A DNA stretch of 50,674 nt, taken from Gemmatimonadota bacterium (GTDB taxonomy: Bacteria > Gemmatimonadota > Gemmatimonadetes > Longimicrobiales > RSA9). Below are positions 46,519-50,674 of the stretch, in pieces. The stretch lies in the NCBI GenBank assembly GCA_040905425.1, contig JBBDRO010000026.1, positions 1 through 50,674 on the forward strand. The letters are read 5' to 3'. Numbering within the stretch: the first letter of the stretch is position 1; every line of letters begins with the position of its first letter. A program made the position numbers and the translations under genes. The notes under the pieces are model-generated. The model was given only the letters and a program-made list of their open reading frames with translations, was not told the origin of the DNA and made no database searches.

Positions 46519-48243
46519 ATGGCAACGACCGCCGCAGCCACACCCGATAGGATCGGAGACCTCCTCGTCCGGGAAGGCCTCATCACGCAGGAGCAGCTGA
46601 CGGCTGCTCTGGCGGATGCCAAGGAGAACCGGACGCGGATCGGCTACAGCCTCATCAAGATCGGGGCGATCGCCGAGACGGAGCTCACCCGCGCGCTGGC
46701 CAAGCAGTATCGTGTGCCCGCCGTGGACCTGGAGCGCGTGACGGTCGACCAGAAGATCCTGAAGCTGATCCCCGCCGACGTGGCGCTCAAGCACGTGGTG
46801 CTGCCGCTACGGCGCGTGGGGCGCATGCTCACGGTGGCCATGGCCAATCCCACGGACGCCAACGCCATCGAGAACCTGCGCTTCATCACCCGGCACGACA
46901 TCGAGCCGGTGATCGTGGGGGAGTACACCCTCAAGAAGCACCTCGAGAACTACTACCAGGTGGACGATGATGACCACCTGGCCCAGCTCATGGAGGCCAT
47001 CGAGGGGGCCGATGATGACGTGGAGCTGGTGGAGGAGGAGGACGAGGACGTCTCCGTGGCCGCGCTCACGGCGCAGGTGGATGACGCCCCCGTGGTCAAG
47101 CTCATCAACGGGCTGCTCACCGACGCGGTGACGCGCGGCGTCTCCGACATCCACATCGAGCCGTTCGAGAAGGAGATCCGGGTGCGCTACCGGATCGACG
47201 GCGCGCTCATGGAGATCATGAAGCCGCCCATGCGCATGAAGGCGGCCATCACCTCCCGCATCAAGATCCTGGCGCAGCTCAACATTGCCGAGCGCCGGGT
47301 GCCGCAGGACGGCCGCATCAAGCTGAAGATGAAGACCAAGGTGGTGGACTTCCGCGTGTCCACGCTGCCGGTGATCTTCGGCGAGAAGATCGTGATGCGT
47401 ATCCTGGACGCCGGCAACCTGACGCTGGACCTGGAGAAGTTCGGCTTCGAGCCCAACGCCGAGCGCGTCTTCATGGACGCCATCATGAACCCCTACGGCA
47501 TGGTGCTGGTCACCGGCCCCACGGGTTCGGGTAAGACCACCACGCTGTACTCGGCCCTCTCCAAGATCAACACGGAAGACGTCAACATCATGACGGCCGA
47601 GGATCCCGTGGAGTACAACCAGTACGGGATCAACCAGGTGCTGGTCAGGAACGAGATCGGCATGACGTTCGCGGCGGCGCTGAAGGCCTTCCTGCGCCAG
47701 GATCCGAACATCATCATGGTGGGTGAGATCCGTGACATCGAGACGGGCGGCATTGCCATCAAGGCCGCCCTCACGGGCCACCTGGTGCTCTCCACGCTGC
47801 ACACCAATGACGCGCCGAGCACCATCACGCGTATGATCGACATGGGCCTGGAGCCCTTCAACGTGGCCGCGGCGCTGAACTGCATCACCGCGCAGCGGCT
47901 GCTGCGCCGCATCTGCAAGGATTGCAAGGAGCCCACCACCTACCCGCCGGAGTATTTCAAGGCCGGCCGCATCAAGGGTGAGGACGCCAAGGCGCAGTAC
48001 TACAAGGGCAAGGGCTGTGACAAGTGCGGCGGGAGCGGCTACAAGGGCCGCGCCGGCCTCTACGAGGTCATGGGCATGACGGCCGACCTGCGCCGCCTCA
48101 TCATGCACGGCGCCGGCACGGACGAACTGCAGGCGCAGGCACTCAAGGACGGCATGATTACACTCCGCATGGACGGCATGATCAAGGCCAAGGCAGGGGT
48201 TACCACACTGGAAGAAGTCATCAAGGAGACCGCCGCACAATGA
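46519..48243 (+). CDS. pilB: Type IV pilus assembly ATPase with N-terminal MshEN-like domain
   Basis: RIGDLLVREGLI...RIGYSLIKIGAI (MshEN-like); SDIHIEP, ERRVPQDGRI, GPTGSGKTTT, LRQDPNIIMVGEIRD and CKDC...CDKC zinc motif. Confidence 0.96.
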   Translation: MATTAAATPDRIGDLLVREGLITQEQLTAALADAKENRTRIGYSLIKIGAIAETELTRALAKQYRVPAVDLERVTVDQKILKLIPADVALKHVVLPLRRVGRMLTVAMANPTDANAIENLRFITRHDIEPVIVGEYTLKKHLENYYQVDDDDHLAQLMEAIEGADDDVELVEEEDEDVSVAALTAQVDDAPVVKLINGLLTDAVTRGVSDIHIEPFEKEIRVRYRIDGALMEIMKPPMRMKAAITSRIKILAQLNIAERRVPQDGRIKLKMKTKVVDFRVSTLPVIFGEKIVMRILDAGNLTLDLEKFGFEPNAERVFMDAIMNPYGMVLVTGPTGSGKTTTLYSALSKINTEDVNIMTAEDPVEYNQYGINQVLVRNEIGMTFAAALKAFLRQDPNIIMVGEIRDIETGGIAIKAALTGHLVLSTLHTNDAPSTITRMIDMGLEPFNVAAALNCITAQRLLRRICKDCKEPTTYPPEYFKAGRIKGEDAKAQYYKGKGCDKCGGSGYKGRAGLYEVMGMTADLRRLIMHGAGTDELQAQALKDGMITLRMDGMIKAKAGVTTLEEVIKETAAQ

Positions 48244-49370
48244 GTTCCGCAGGAACCGCCATGCCGGGCCAGGCCCCGCAGGCCAGCGCCGTGAATCTGC
48301 GCGCGCTACTCGACGAAATGGTCAAGCGGGGTGCGTCCGACCTGCACATCACCGCAGGCGAGCGCCCCATGTTCCGCATCGATGGGGAGATCACGCGCTC
48401 CTCCATCGAGGTGGAGCTGGACCCCAAGCAGACGCTGGCTATTGCCTACAGCATCCTCACCGAGGCGCAGAAGAAGCGCTTCGAGGTGGAGGATGAGTTG
48501 GACTTCAGCTTCGGCATCCAGAACCTCAGCCGCTTCCGTGGCAACGTCTTCAAGCAGCGCGGCTGCGTGTCCATGGTGGTGCGGCAGATCCCCTTCAAGA
48601 TCCTGACCTTCGAGGAGCTCAAGCTGCCCGCCATCACGGCCAAGATGGCCGAGCGGCCGCGCGGCCTGGTGCTGGTCACCGGCCCCACGGGCTCGGGCAA
48701 GAGCACCACGCTGGCCGCCATGCTGGACAAGATCAACAAGGAACTCAAGGGGCACATCCTCACCGTGGAGGACCCCATCGAGTTCGTGCACAAGCACCAG
48801 AACTGCATCGTGAATCAGCGCGAGGTGGGCGCGGACACGAACAGCTTCAAGGACGCCCTCAAGTACGCACTCCGGCAGGACCCGGACGTGGTGCTGATCG
48901 GTGAGATGCGTGACCAGGAGACCATTGCCGCGGGGCTGACCATTGCGGAAACGGGCCACCTGGCGTTCGCCACGCTGCACACCAACTCGTGCGCGGAGAC
49001 CATCAACCGCATCATCGACGTCTTCCCCAGCACGCAGCAGAGCCAGGTGCGCGCGCAGCTCTCCTTCGTGCTGGAGGGCGTGATCACGCAGACGCTGCTG
49101 CCGCGCGCCAAGGGCAGCGGCCGTGTGGCCGCCTGCGAGATCATGGTGTGCACGCCGGCCATCCGCGCCTGCATCCGGGATGACAAGATCCACCAGATCT
49201 ACTCCATCATGCAGGCCGGTAAGAAGTACGGCATGCAGACCATGAATGACGCGCTCTACCAGCTCTACGTGCAGAGTGAGATCACGCTCGAGGACGCCCT
49301 GGCGTCCAGCCACGACCCGAACGAGCTGCTCCGCATGGCGGGCGAGCCCATTCCGGGCCAGGAGAAGTAA
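48240..49370 (+). CDS. pilT: Type IV pilus retraction ATPase
   Basis: GASDLHI, GPTGSGKSTT, EDPIEF, NQREVG, LRQDPDVVLIGEMRD, AIRACIRD (AIRNLIRE variant) and GMQTM. Confidence 0.96.
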   Translation: MSSAGTAMPGQAPQASAVNLRALLDEMVKRGASDLHITAGERPMFRIDGEITRSSIEVELDPKQTLAIAYSILTEAQKKRFEVEDELDFSFGIQNLSRFRGNVFKQRGCVSMVVRQIPFKILTFEELKLPAITAKMAERPRGLVLVTGPTGSGKSTTLAAMLDKINKELKGHILTVEDPIEFVHKHQNCIVNQREVGADTNSFKDALKYALRQDPDVVLIGEMRDQETIAAGLTIAETGHLAFATLHTNSCAETINRIIDVFPSTQQSQVRAQLSFVLEGVITQTLLPRAKGSGRVAACEIMVCTPAIRACIRDDKIHQIYSIMQAGKKYGMQTMNDALYQLYVQSEITLEDALASSHDPNELLRMAGEPIPGQEK

Positions 49371-49469
49371 CCGGGCCGCACGGCACGGGCCCGTACCACT
49401 GCAAGGCAGTAAGCGACGAGGCGGCGCCGGCTCCCGCGCGCCTCAACCCACAACGCGCGGTAGGACCCG

Positions 49470-50672
49470 ATGGCCACTTTTGTCTACACGGCACGCACAC
49501 CGTCCGGTGACGTCCAGGCCGGTGAGGGCTCGTTCAAGGACCGTGACGAGCTCATGGCCCACCTGCGCAAGCAGAAGTGGATCCCGGTCAAGATCGAGGA
49601 GAAGAAGAGCGCCTTCGCCGGGCTGGGCGGCGGCAGCATCGGCACGCGTGACATCGTCATCTTCACGCGCCAGTTCGCCACCATGATCAACTCCGGGCTG
49701 CCGCTGGTGCAGAGCCTGGACATCCTGGCCCGGCAGTCGGAGAGCAAGGCGCTGCGCAAGGTCATCGAGGGCGTGCTCTACTCCGTGGAGAGCGGCCAGA
49801 CGCTGGCCGACGCCATGCGCGATCACCCCAAGACCTTCACCGACCTGTACGTGAACATGGTGGCCGCCGGTGAGGCCGGTGGTATCCTGGACACCATCCT
49901 GCTCCGCCTGGCCACCTTCCTGGAGAAGGCCGACGCCCTGAAGCGCAAGATCAAGGGCGCCATGATCTACCCGGGCGTCATCCTGTCGGTGGCCATCGGC
50001 GCCGTGGCCGTGCTGCTCATCTTCGTGATCCCCACCTTCCAGGTCATGTTCGAGCAGGCGGGCGTCCCCCTCCCGCTGCCCACGCAGATCGTCATCAACA
50101 TGTCGGCGTTCCTGCAGAGCAATCTGTTCTACATGATTGCCATCATCATTGCCGTCAGCTTCGCGGTCCGGCAGTACTACAAGACGTCCAACGGCCAGCT
50201 GGTGCTGGACCGCCTGCTGCTGAACATGCCCATCCTGGGCAACGTGCAGCGCAAGGCCGCCATCGCCCGCTTCACCCGCACGCTGGGCACCCTGGTAGCC
50301 TCCGGCGTATCCATCCTGGACGGCCTGGAGATCACCGCCCGCACCGCAGGCAACCGCGTGCTGCACGACGCCATCATGGAGTCAAGAGCCAGCATCGCCG
50401 GCGGTGAGACCATCAGCGAGCCCCTCAAAGCCTCCGGCGTCTTCCCGCCTATGGTCACCAGCATGATCAACGTGGGTGAGCAGACCGGCGGCCTGGACGA
50501 GATGCTCTCCAAGATCGCCGACTTCTACGACGAAGAAGTCGACGCCGCCGTGGAGGCCATGCTGGCCGCCATGGAGCCGCTGATGATCGTGTTCCTGGGC
50601 ACGGTGGTGGGCGGCATGATCGTGGCGATGTATCTGCCGATCTTCGATATGATCGGGGCTGTGGGGGGGTAG
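49470..50672 (+). CDS. pilC: Type IV pilus platform protein (GspF family)
   Basis: FTRQFATMINSGLPL, AAGEAGGILD, KIKGAMIYP, VGEQTGGLDEML and EPLMIV...AMYLPIF. Confidence 0.95.
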   Translation: MATFVYTARTPSGDVQAGEGSFKDRDELMAHLRKQKWIPVKIEEKKSAFAGLGGGSIGTRDIVIFTRQFATMINSGLPLVQSLDILARQSESKALRKVIEGVLYSVESGQTLADAMRDHPKTFTDLYVNMVAAGEAGGILDTILLRLATFLEKADALKRKIKGAMIYPGVILSVAIGAVAVLLIFVIPTFQVMFEQAGVPLPLPTQIVINMSAFLQSNLFYMIAIIIAVSFAVRQYYKTSNGQLVLDRLLLNMPILGNVQRKAAIARFTRTLGTLVASGVSILDGLEITARTAGNRVLHDAIMESRASIAGGETISEPLKASGVFPPMVTSMINVGEQTGGLDEMLSKIADFYDEEVDAAVEAMLAAMEPLMIVFLGTVVGGMIVAMYLPIFDMIGAVGG

Positions 50673-50674
50673 GG

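Overview
High-GC bacterial chromosomal segment of mostly housekeeping and envelope genes. By inference from GC content, gene content and the SprA-like gene, it probably comes from Gemmatimonadota or a related FCB-group lineage. In order: ECF sigma / YfcC transporter / ZAS anti-sigma / holA / TPR-SPOR protein; small hypotheticals; a flavoprotein; a second ECF sigma / anti-sigma / double-PDZ operon; PAP2, thrC, DksA/TraR-like protein, D-aminoacylase, thyX, arginase-like protein, Nfu_N protein, pepP and an orphan sensor kinase; a MazEF-like toxin-antitoxin pair; metH plus a yitJ-like gene behind a SAM-II-like riboswitch; a degenerate IS1595 element; a DUF5916/CBM9-like outer-membrane protein; a dapF-like gene; lptGF; a ~2,170-aa SprA-like protein with an M28 glutaminyl-cyclase-like lipoprotein; comEA and pilB-pilT-pilC. 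I saw no rRNA, tRNA or CRISPR array. Most notable: (1) a Bacteroidota-style envelope-processing signature (SprA-like gene, QC-like lipoprotein, Gln at +1 of all seven clear SPI substrates, dense D-S/T sequons); (2) a SAM-II-like aptamer wired to a terminator/antiterminator; (3) three TGATG-coupled 13-codon mini-ORFs between lptF and lptG; (4) a DapF with both catalytic Cys replaced by Ser; (5) an intact IS1595 ORF that appears to have lost its catalytic residues. All calls were made by eye; no database searches were run.
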